64,000 bases of DNA from Methanocellales archaeon (GTDB taxonomy: Archaea; Halobacteriota; JAWCLZ01), in the NCBI GenBank assembly GCA_038850275.1, contig JAWCLZ010000002.1:38993-102992 (forward strand), given 5' to 3'. Below the pieces are notes generated by a model. It was not told the DNA's origin, did not search any database, and worked only from the letters and a program-made list of their open reading frames with translations. The position numbers and the translations under genes were made by a program. Shown piece by piece: positions 56,797 through 64,000 of this stretch (within the stretch, counting starts at the first letter, position 1; the number at the start of each line of letters is the position of its first letter).

Positions 56797-57588
56797 ATGC
56801 TAAACTCAAGAGAAGCAGTATCAGAAGTAGTTGGATATATGTTGATCTTCACCATAGTGGTGCTCTCCATAGGATTGATGTATGTCTATGGCTATCCCAT
56901 TTTAGAGGACCTTCAAAATAGAATTCGCTTTCAAAACGCTGAGCAGGGATTTGCAACTCTACAGGCTGATTTAGATAGAGTGGTATTTGACCAAGCACCT
57001 ATTAAGACCACGAGGATAAACACAGGTGGGGGATCCATTCAAGCTGCTTCCTCAGGGGATAGAATTAACATAGTGGTTAACATTAGCGGGGAGAAGAAAT
57101 ATGAAGTTACAAGGGAACTTGGAATCGTGGAATATCGCCACTTGGGGAAGAGAATTGCCTATATAGATGGCGGGGTATTCATAAAAGAGGGCGAGCGCTC
57201 TTATCTTCGAATTCCACCTAAGATCTATGTTTACAATGACACTGAGACCTCTAATCTAACAGTTATAATCTCAATTTTCTCGATATACTGCAAATATCCC
57301 ACGATGGGTGGGGGCGAGAGGGTATCAGTGTTGAGTAAATTTAATAGGTCGAGCACGAGTGCTTATATCAATCAAAGCTTTAACTCTAGCTTGAGCAATG
57401 TAACCATAGTTATAAATAGTAGTTTATACGCTGATGCTTGGGAAATGCACTTTAGCAATCTCAAAGAGCGGGCATACGTTGGGATAGAGGTCACGAGGTT
57501 GAATTCCACTCACGTGAGAGCAGTAATTCCATTCAATAGAGTGGTCATCGCTGAGAATAAAGCTGATGTAGAGGTATTCTCTAGTTAA
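56797..57588 (+). CDS. Type IV pilin-like protein (DUF1628-like N-terminal domain), gene E
   Basis: 263 aa; MLNSREAVSEVVGYMLIFTIVVLSIGLMYV closely resembles the haloarchaeal/euryarchaeal pilin consensus R-A-V-S-E-V-I-G-V + hydrophobic helix; starts 5 nt after the adhesin stop. Confidence 0.55.
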   Translation: MLNSREAVSEVVGYMLIFTIVVLSIGLMYVYGYPILEDLQNRIRFQNAEQGFATLQADLDRVVFDQAPIKTTRINTGGGSIQAASSGDRINIVVNISGEKKYEVTRELGIVEYRHLGKRIAYIDGGVFIKEGERSYLRIPPKIYVYNDTETSNLTVIISIFSIYCKYPTMGGGERVSVLSKFNRSSTSAYINQSFNSSLSNVTIVINSSLYADAWEMHFSNLKERAYVGIEVTRLNSTHVRAVIPFNRVVIAENKADVEVFSS

Positions 57589-57595
57589 TTTATTT

Positions 57596-57631
57596 GATGA
57601 AGCTCTCTAGTTAATGAAGCTCTCTAGATTC
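57596..57631. repeat. 18-bp direct duplication of a start-codon region (atgaagctctctagtt / atgaagctctctagat)
   Basis: Read directly; the first copy encodes MKLSS* and the second is the start of the radical SAM gene. Confidence 0.8.
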
Positions 57632-58492
57632 AAGTCTCCTCAGCAAGCACTTTGCACTTGCTTGCCAAAGTATAACTTGAATCCCTATCTAGGGCGCTGT
57701 GAGCACGCTTGCATATATTGCTATAGCGTGAAATTCCCAAGTTTCAGGGGCAAGACTAGGCCTAGATTGAATCTTATTGATGATATTGAATCAATGGCTA
57801 GGAATACCAAGCCCAAGCTACCTATTATGATCAGCGATGCCACTGATCCCTATCAACCGCTTGAGAAGCAATATGAGATCACGAGATATTGCTTGAAAGT
57901 GTTGATAAAATATGGCTATCCCCTTTTGATTTTAACTAAATCTGATCTTATAACTCGCGATATTGATATTCTCAAGAGCGCTCGATGCATAGTTGGAATC
58001 ACGATTACAACTCTAGATGAAGAGCAAGCTAAGATGATTGAGCCAAATGCTCCATCACCTATCAAGCGCCTTGCAGCACTTGAAAAACTTACCGAGGCTG
58101 GCCTGCGTACCTTTGCAAGGATAGATCCAGTTATTCCTACTTTTAATGATCGCGAGGAAATGCTAGAGAAATTAATCAATGAAATTGCTATTGCTGGGGC
58201 TAAGCAAATAACTGTGAGTACCTTGAAACCAGTTCGAGGTTTTTTCACCTCACTTGCTAGAATTGATTTGGAGCTTTCAAAGCGCTTGCGCTCAATTTAT
58301 GATCAAGGGGAGTGCATTCTTGGGTATAGATATTTACCAATTGAGATTCGCAGGAGTATTATTTTAAGGCTATATAGAATTGCCTCCAAGTTTAACCTAG
58401 CATTTGCATCTTGCAGAGAGGGTTTATCGCATTTGAATACTACTCTCTGCGATGGCTCAAGCGAGCTGCGGTTTATCGAAAAATATATTTAG
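57614..58492 (+). CDS. Radical SAM protein, SplB/DNA-repair-photolyase-like family (COG1533)
   Basis: 292 aa; CEHACIYCYS (C-x3-C-x-YC) cluster motif. Confidence 0.6.
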   Translation: MKLSRFKSPQQALCTCLPKYNLNPYLGRCEHACIYCYSVKFPSFRGKTRPRLNLIDDIESMARNTKPKLPIMISDATDPYQPLEKQYEITRYCLKVLIKYGYPLLILTKSDLITRDIDILKSARCIVGITITTLDEEQAKMIEPNAPSPIKRLAALEKLTEAGLRTFARIDPVIPTFNDREEMLEKLINEIAIAGAKQITVSTLKPVRGFFTSLARIDLELSKRLRSIYDQGECILGYRYLPIEIRRSIILRLYRIASKFNLAFASCREGLSHLNTTLCDGSSELRFIEKYI

Positions 58493-58526
58493 TTTGTTCG
58501 CTTATATTCGAACAAATGTGATTAAT

Positions 58527-58988
58527 ATGGCAAGTCCAATGGAAGTCTTTCAACTCTTACCTAAAACAAACTGCAAGCTATGTGGAGAGCCAAGTTGCAT
58601 GGCCTTTGCATTTAAACTCATCTCTAAAGAACATAAATTAGAGGACTGTCCCCCGCTTTACCAAGAGAAAAAATATGCTTCAAATAGAGAAAAACTTGAG
58701 GCAATCTTCAAAAAAGTGGAGAAAGCAGTTGAAACAGGCTTGATAATTCACTCTGAAAAATGCTTTGGATGTGGAAACTGCGTTGTAGCTTGCCCTGTGA
58801 ATGTAGCTGAGGACCCAACTGGCTCAGCTCTTGGTCTAGGGCCTAAAAACGATAAGGTAATATTGAAGGTAGTGAAAGGAGTTATTACCGCTAACAATGT
58901 TCAAAAATGCCGTAGATTTGGGCCAGATAGAATACTTTGCAATGGCTGCATCGTAACTTGTCCAAGCGAGGCAATTGAATTTGTTTAG
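58527..58988 (+). CDS. Ferredoxin-type Fe-S protein: N-terminal CdhE/AcsC-like putative Fe-S domain (PF04060-like) + 2x[4Fe-4S] domain (FwdG-like)
   Basis: Start MASPMEV; LPKTNCKLCGEPSCMAFAFKL resembles the N-terminal Fe-S domain of corrinoid Fe-S protein; CFGCGNCVVACPVN and CNGCIVTCP clusters. Confidence 0.55.
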   Translation: MASPMEVFQLLPKTNCKLCGEPSCMAFAFKLISKEHKLEDCPPLYQEKKYASNREKLEAIFKKVEKAVETGLIIHSEKCFGCGNCVVACPVNVAEDPTGSALGLGPKNDKVILKVVKGVITANNVQKCRRFGPDRILCNGCIVTCPSEAIEFV

Positions 58989-58996
58989 GTGAGAAA

Positions 58997-60181
58997 GTGG
59001 CTCTCTGTCCAGTTTGCTCTTGCCTATGTGATGATATTGAAGTTGTGAAAAGTGCTAACAATATAGAAAGCTTGAGCAACGCGTGTAGAAGAGGCACAGC
59101 TTACTTCTTAAACTTCAACGTTGATCGCCTAGAGCCAAGTATAGATGGTAAAAAAGTGGAGGTTGAGGAGAGCATAAAAAGTGCAATTACGCTGCTTAAA
59201 AATTCTAGAAAGGTATTGATCTATGGCCTAGCAAATGTAGATGATGAAGCGCAGAAAATAGCTTTTGAAATAGCAGATAAAATCCCCTCAATTCTAGGAG
59301 ATTCCTCTGTTTATAGCTTTCTTGTCAAAAAGATTTTAGCACGCGAGATAAAAACTAATACCCTTGACTATGTGAGAGACCACGCGGATACAATTATCTA
59401 TTGGGGCTCAGACCCAAGTAATTCCCACCCTCGCCATCTCTCGCGATATACCTATTATCCCAGAGGTAAATATAGACAGCGCGGTTGGGAGGAGGATAGA
59501 TATTTAATTGGCATTGATGTTAGGGATTCCTCAACTTCTAAGATGTTCAAAAAATTTTTAAAGATCAAGCCAAGTGAAGATGTGGATTTGATAAAAGCAT
59601 TGATAATCTCCCTCAGCGGTAAAATTCCAAATACCACTTTAGATAAAAAAACAATTTTAGAGCTCACTAGCCAGCTTAAAAAAGCAAAACATGGCGTGAT
59701 CTGCGCTGGATTTGGACTAGCGCAAGCGATATATAATAATCTCGAGCTCTTTAAGGAACTCCTTGCTAAGCTCAATGAAATTGGAGAATACATTGTAATT
59801 CCAATGCTCGAAGGAGCCAATGCCTTTGGATTTGAAAAGCTGATGTATGAGAAAAAAATTGACTCCACACTTGAGCAACTCCATAGGGCAATTTTAAATA
59901 GCGAAGTAGACCTAGCGCTTATCATAAAGTCAGACCCAGTTTCAGAACTGCCCAATCCTCTTCAAAAAGCTCTCTTAAAGATCCCCTTGATTGCAATTGA
60001 CTCCCGTAGGACTCTCACTTCAAGCAAGGCAAAGATTACAATACCAAGTGCAGCTGCAAGCATAGAGTTCAGCTGCTCCCTATATAGAATGGATGGAGTT
60101 ATGGTAAGAGGCGAAAAACTATTAGACTCTAGAGCAATGAGTGACGCAGAGGTCTTGAGAAGATTAAGAGAAGGGATTTAA
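58997..60181 (+). CDS. fwdB: Formylmethanofuran dehydrogenase subunit B-like molybdopterin oxidoreductase (FwdB/FmdB paralogue), possibly non-canonical
   Basis: 394 aa; N-terminal MALCPVCSCLCDDIEVV (FwdB C-P-x-C-x-x-L-C-D-D-I Fe-S motif); IIYWGSDPSNSHPRHLSR aligns with FwdB VVYWGCNPMHAHPRHMSR; the position of the W/Mo-ligating Cys (SVC) reads SVY here. Confidence 0.65.
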   Translation: MALCPVCSCLCDDIEVVKSANNIESLSNACRRGTAYFLNFNVDRLEPSIDGKKVEVEESIKSAITLLKNSRKVLIYGLANVDDEAQKIAFEIADKIPSILGDSSVYSFLVKKILAREIKTNTLDYVRDHADTIIYWGSDPSNSHPRHLSRYTYYPRGKYRQRGWEEDRYLIGIDVRDSSTSKMFKKFLKIKPSEDVDLIKALIISLSGKIPNTTLDKKTILELTSQLKKAKHGVICAGFGLAQAIYNNLELFKELLAKLNEIGEYIVIPMLEGANAFGFEKLMYEKKIDSTLEQLHRAILNSEVDLALIIKSDPVSELPNPLQKALLKIPLIAIDSRRTLTSSKAKITIPSAAASIEFSCSLYRMDGVMVRGEKLLDSRAMSDAEVLRRLREGI

Positions 60182-60182
60182 C

Positions 60183-60575
60183 ATGCCAATTAGCGAGTTC
60201 TTAATACACCCGGAGCATGAATTAACTCTTATTTTATATAGAGATATCTTCGTGGATGAAGCCATGCTTAAGAATAGATTCTCAAGCGAGCTTAAGCAAG
60301 CAGCGGCGTTTATTAGGCTTGATGAAGTGGATATTAAAAAAATTGGATTGAGGGAAGGCGGCAATGCAAGGATAAGTGGTTCTTCAAAAACCATTGTTGC
60401 GAGGGTGATAAAGGATCAAAAGCCCCATCAAGGATATGCATATATGCCCCTGAGTCCATGGTCAAACTCACTCTTGCACTTCGATGGCAAAAATTTAGCA
60501 GCCACGCGCGTGGCAAAGGTAAAAATATCCTACACCACGCTGCCTGTGACTGAGCTCAAAGAACTGCTAAGTTAA
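60183..60575 (+). CDS. fwdD: Formylmethanofuran dehydrogenase subunit D-like (molybdopterin dinucleotide-binding domain)
   Basis: 130 aa; immediately after the fwdB-like gene (1-nt gap); size and position typical of FwdD. Confidence 0.55.
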   Translation: MPISEFLIHPEHELTLILYRDIFVDEAMLKNRFSSELKQAAAFIRLDEVDIKKIGLREGGNARISGSSKTIVARVIKDQKPHQGYAYMPLSPWSNSLLHFDGKNLAATRVAKVKISYTTLPVTELKELLS

Positions 60576-60614
60576 ATTTTAGTTTTATATATTTCAAAAA
60601 CAAATTATTAGATA

Positions 60615-61742
60615 ATGAGGATATTTACCCAGTTAAGACCAGCGAAATGTGCGCTTTGTGGTGAGAGCTCGCTATTTATATCTGAGTTCTTAGGTGTTTG
60701 TGGTAACTGCATTAAAACTAAGTGGGATGAAAGCTTGCTCTATATTAAGAGGGCTCATAAAATAAGTAGAGAGCGATTCAACCTCCCCCTTGAGCCTCCG
60801 AGTAATGGGGTTAGCTGTGATTTCTGCGTTAATAAATGCAAGATTCCACTAGGTGGAGTGGGATACTGCGGCTTAAGGATGAATGAAGGAGGAAGGCTAA
60901 AGCACATAGCTGGCACACCGGAAATTGGAATACTGGAGTGGTATTACGATCCCCTTCCCACGAATTGCGTGGCAAATGAAATTTGCCCTGGATGTGCGGG
61001 CACTGGATATCCTAAGTATTCCTATTCGCAATATAAACCAGAATATGGCTATAAAAACCTCGCTGTATTCTACGGCGCTTGTACATTTAACTGCTTATTC
61101 TGCCAAAACTGGCATTATCGCTATCTCACTAATAAACGCGCACCTAGTTATTCAGCTAGAGAACTAGCAAGCAAGGTCGATCCTTTTACTTCTTGCATTT
61201 GCTACTTCGGTGGAGATCCAACGCCTCAACTTCCCCACGCTATTCAAACATCTAAAATAGCTCTTGAGGAAAACAAGAATAAAATCCTTCGAATTTGCTT
61301 TGAATCAAATGGTAGTATGTCGCGGTCTCTCTGCAAGCAAATCGCTGAGCTCTCGCTTACAAGTGGGGGTAATATAAAGTTTGATCTTAAAAGCTATGAT
61401 GAACATTTGAACATCGCTCTATGTGGAGTTACCAACAAGCAAACTCTTGAGAATTTCCAATACCTTGCTGAATTTGGTAAGCAGCGCAGGGAGCCAAGGT
61501 TTTTAACCGCGAGTACATTATTGATACCTGGCTATATTGATGCAAGCGAGGTTGAACAACTCGCGAAGTTCATAGCATCTCTAGACCCAGAGATACCTTA
61601 TTCTCTACTTGCTTTTTACCCTCAATTTTTCTTCACAAATCTCCCAACTACACCTAGGAAGCAAGCTGAGGAGTGCTTAGAAGTAGCGAGGAAAGCTGGG
61701 CTTAAAACTGTTTGGATAGGAAATATTCATCTACTTAGTTGA
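60615..61742 (+). CDS. Divergent AmrS/PFL-activase-family radical SAM enzyme with two extra N-terminal Cys clusters
   Basis: 375 aa; GACTFNCLFCQNW radical SAM motif; CDFCVNKCKIPLGGVGYCGLRMNEGGRL is homologous to the AmrS N-terminal domain of ORF 23186; additional CALCGE...CGNC zinc ribbon and CVANEICPGC cluster. Confidence 0.6.
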   Translation: MRIFTQLRPAKCALCGESSLFISEFLGVCGNCIKTKWDESLLYIKRAHKISRERFNLPLEPPSNGVSCDFCVNKCKIPLGGVGYCGLRMNEGGRLKHIAGTPEIGILEWYYDPLPTNCVANEICPGCAGTGYPKYSYSQYKPEYGYKNLAVFYGACTFNCLFCQNWHYRYLTNKRAPSYSARELASKVDPFTSCICYFGGDPTPQLPHAIQTSKIALEENKNKILRICFESNGSMSRSLCKQIAELSLTSGGNIKFDLKSYDEHLNIALCGVTNKQTLENFQYLAEFGKQRREPRFLTASTLLIPGYIDASEVEQLAKFIASLDPEIPYSLLAFYPQFFFTNLPTTPRKQAEECLEVARKAGLKTVWIGNIHLLS

Positions 61743-61765
61743 GAGATAAACAAAGAGGTGATTAA

Positions 61766-62680
61766 TTGGAGTCAGAGACCAAAAAATTGACTTACTCAGA
61801 CTATGTTGCTATCCTCGGAATGGGCTTTTTTCTTTTAATAGTGGAGTCCCTTGCATTATTTCTAGTGAGGCCTTTTCAAGAGAATAATATGCAGGTCTTT
61901 GAAGAACCAACGTCGATGTGGAATCCAGTTGCCTATATTTCAATAATCCTTTGCTTCACTATTTTCATATTAATAACCCTTCGATATGGGAAAAATTGGA
62001 TGATACAAGCTTTCATTGGATTCGCGGTGGTAACTACGCTTTTAATAATCTTCGATGTCTTCACCTCAAGATTACTTCCAAATACAATAGCTTTCCCTAT
62101 TGCTATTGCACTCACGGTTTCCTCAACTGTGCTTCTCTATAAATACCCAGAGTGGTATGTTGTAGATACCATTGGTGTAGTGATAGGTGCAGGTGCAGCA
62201 TCGCTATTTGGAATCTCCCTTGCAATAATCCCAACCATTGTTCTATTAATTACCCTCGCAGTTTACGATGCAATCTCAGTTTATAAAACCAAGCATATGA
62301 TTAAACTAGCTGAGGGGGTGCTTGCCCTTAAAATTCCAGTGTTACTCGTGATTCCTAAGAAGCGCAGTTTTTCCTATAGAAGACAAGCATCTCTAGGTAA
62401 AACTGGAGAGCGCGAGGCATATTTCATGGGCCTTGGGGATGCAGTTATACCTGCTATTTTAGTGGTATCAGCAAATGTTTTCATAGAAGAAGCCCCAGGG
62501 ATAATTGCAGCGATTAACTATCCAGCGCTTGGTGCAATGATTGGCTCGCTCATTGGTTTTTCAATGCTCATGACCTTCGTGGTCAAAGGCAAGCCTCAAG
62601 CTGGTTTGCCGTTGCTTAACACTGGTGCAATTTCAGGCTTCCTATTGGGGTGCTTTGCAAGTGGAATTATTCCCTTTTAA
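61766..62680 (+). CDS. Presenilin/signal-peptide-peptidase family intramembrane aspartyl protease (PSH-like)
   Basis: 304 aa; ~9 TM; catalytic YD (LAVYDAISVY), GLGD (FMGLGDAVIPAIL) and PAL (NYPALGAM) motifs in the canonical order. Confidence 0.7.
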   Translation: MESETKKLTYSDYVAILGMGFFLLIVESLALFLVRPFQENNMQVFEEPTSMWNPVAYISIILCFTIFILITLRYGKNWMIQAFIGFAVVTTLLIIFDVFTSRLLPNTIAFPIAIALTVSSTVLLYKYPEWYVVDTIGVVIGAGAASLFGISLAIIPTIVLLITLAVYDAISVYKTKHMIKLAEGVLALKIPVLLVIPKKRSFSYRRQASLGKTGEREAYFMGLGDAVIPAILVVSANVFIEEAPGIIAAINYPALGAMIGSLIGFSMLMTFVVKGKPQAGLPLLNTGAISGFLLGCFASGIIPF

Positions 62681-62688
62681 GTTGATCA

Positions 62689-63651
62689 TTATATTTGGTT
62701 CGCCCTTTCTTGCTTTTGATTTATAAGCGCTGCTAATCTGCTTTTAACCTCCTCGATCCCTTCTCCAGTGAGGGAGGACATCTTGAGTTCAGCAATGCTT
62801 GGCGTTTTTTGAAGTAAATCAGCTTTATTTGCAACCACTAGCACTGGGACTGTGATGAGCTCTTTTAACTCAGTAAGGAGATTAAGCTGTGCCTCTAGGG
62901 TATAGCCGCAGGTTTCAGTGGGATCTATTATGAAGAGAATCACATCTCCCACGTGGCGAATGGCAGCTATCGCTTGTCTTTCAATTTGATTCCTCTGGCT
63001 AAGTGGGCGGTCAAGGAGGCCTGGGGTGTCTATTACTTGATAGCGTTTTTTGCCAATGTGAAAATGTCCAACCATTATTCCCTTAGTGGTGAAGGGATAC
63101 TCAGCTATCAATGGCTTAGCGCTACTTACTCGCGCTACAAAACTTGATTTACCTACATTTGCATAGCCAGCGACTACGATGGTTGGCTCATCAGATATAG
63201 TTGGTATTCTCCGTAGTTTTTCCCTAGCTTCCGATAGAAACTCTAACTCAGCTTTAATATCGCTTATAACTGAGGCCATCCTCCCAAATGCTTGCCTCCT
63301 GAGTTTGGATGCATCTTCGCTCTCTTTTATTAAACCAATGTATTTGCGGGATAATTCCTTTATCTTCTTGGAAGCCCAGTTTACATTACATAGCGATTTC
63401 TTCAGCTTGTCAACTCCAACTAGGATATCCGCAAGTTCTCTATAGAAATCAGGTAGCTTATCCAAGCTCGGGAATTTCCTCACAACTAGGGATAGATTAT
63501 CTGCGAGTATATTGCCAGCTGTTAATACACTTGCTCTCTCGGCATCACTTATAGAGGTTGAAATTTTTCCCTTCCTTGCTCTCGCTGCTCTTCTAAAAGC
63601 TTTATCTATGAGTTCTTGAGCAAGTGGTATACTTGGTATTTGCTTGAACAT
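62689..63651 (-). CDS. NOG1-like GTP-binding protein (archaeal Nog1 family GTPase)
   Basis: 320 aa; N-terminal NOG1-type helical domain followed by G-domain G1 GYANVGKSS, G3 DTPGLLD, G4 NKAD. Confidence 0.75.
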   Translation of the reverse strand: MFKQIPSIPLAQELIDKAFRRAARARKGKISTSISDAERASVLTAGNILADNLSLVVRKFPSLDKLPDFYRELADILVGVDKLKKSLCNVNWASKKIKELSRKYIGLIKESEDASKLRRQAFGRMASVISDIKAELEFLSEAREKLRRIPTISDEPTIVVAGYANVGKSSFVARVSSAKPLIAEYPFTTKGIMVGHFHIGKKRYQVIDTPGLLDRPLSQRNQIERQAIAAIRHVGDVILFIIDPTETCGYTLEAQLNLLTELKELITVPVLVVANKADLLQKTPSIAELKMSSLTGEGIEEVKSRLAALINQKQERANQI

Positions 63652-63725
63652 ATTCCCTATTCTATCTCATTTCCATCAGAAAGAAGAAATTAACTTAAAA
63701 ATATATAAAAAATAATATAAAATAT

Positions 63726-64000
63726 TTACTTCTTCACATACAGCGTTCCTTTTCCATCTACTGATAAATCACCTGTGTACTTTAAATATTCTTTGCCATC
63801 TAAGATCTCTATGCCTTCAAATTTGAATGCAGGCAGCATTTCTAAGACTTTTCCCTCAATTCTAATTTTACCTCCCTTCATCTCTCCACCTGGAATTGTG
63901 GCATTGCCTTTTATTATTATCTCTCCACCACTCATGCTTAAACCAGCTAATATACCTGCGTTTCCATGGATTTCGATCTTACCCCCTGCCATTTTCTCGC
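63726..64000 (-). CDS. GXGXG-repeat protein (FwdC/glutamate-synthase domain-3-like), C-terminal part only; N-terminus lies outside the window
   Basis: Repeated G-x-I-x-I-x-G-N-A-G / MSGGEIIIKGNA / MKGGKIRIEG beta-helix repeats. Confidence 0.5.
   Translation of the reverse strand, partial: EKMAGGKIEIHGNAGILAGLSMSGGEIIIKGNATIPGGEMKGGKIRIEGKVLEMLPAFKFEGIEILDGKEYLKYTGDLSVDGKGTLYVKK

Noticed and set aside
50245-57588. Integrated mobile element / prophage at tRNA-Pro
   Set aside because: No integrase, transposase, or obvious direct repeat of the tRNA 3' end was found in the window. The region looks like a chromosomal surface-structure operon rather than a mobile element, though an att duplication should still be searched for computationally
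58997-60181. Selenocysteine-containing FwuB-type subunit
   Set aside because: There is no in-frame TGA in the ORF, and the ligand position is encoded as TAT (Tyr)

Overview
This is a gene-dense archaeal chromosomal window with an estimated ~38-40% GC (judged by eye). It most likely comes from an F420/H4MPT-using euryarchaeon, possibly a methanogen or Methanosarcinales-like lineage. Supporting genes are cofC/cofG/cofH, an MptA-type GTP cyclohydrolase, fwdB/fwdD-like genes, a PGF-CTERM surface protein, PCNA/PriL/TFS/Alba/Sm/L37e and an FBP aldolase/phosphatase. The first ~44 kb is mostly housekeeping: thiamine, His/Arg aminotransferases, RNase Z, replication, F420 biosynthesis, pelota, AOR plus ferredoxin, gluconeogenesis, GluRS, PurF, two RPA systems and ACD-alpha. 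The last ~20 kb is accessory in character: a divergent cis-prenyltransferase-like gene plus a large membrane protein, a glycosylation-rich PGF-CTERM protein, and tRNA-Pro(UGG). Immediately downstream of the tRNA sits a tightly overlapping five-gene operon (50458-57588). It encodes class-III-signal (archaeal type-IV-pilin-like) proteins, including a 1394-aa adhesin with vWA, PA14 and PPC-like domains. I interpret this as a candidate archaeal minor-pilin/tip-adhesin (PilY1-analogous) module, and it is the most notable candidate system in the window. It is followed by a partial fwd-like cluster (fwdG-like, fwdB-like, fwdD) that lacks fwdA/C. Its FwdB homolog appears to have Tyr in place of the W/Mo-ligating Cys. 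Next to it are a divergent AmrS-like radical SAM enzyme and a presenilin/SPP homolog. Short tandem duplications (12-26 bp units) recur at several gene termini. A ribosomal protein L37e gene (57 aa, TTG start) is missing from the ORF track. No CRISPR array, integrase or transposase was seen.
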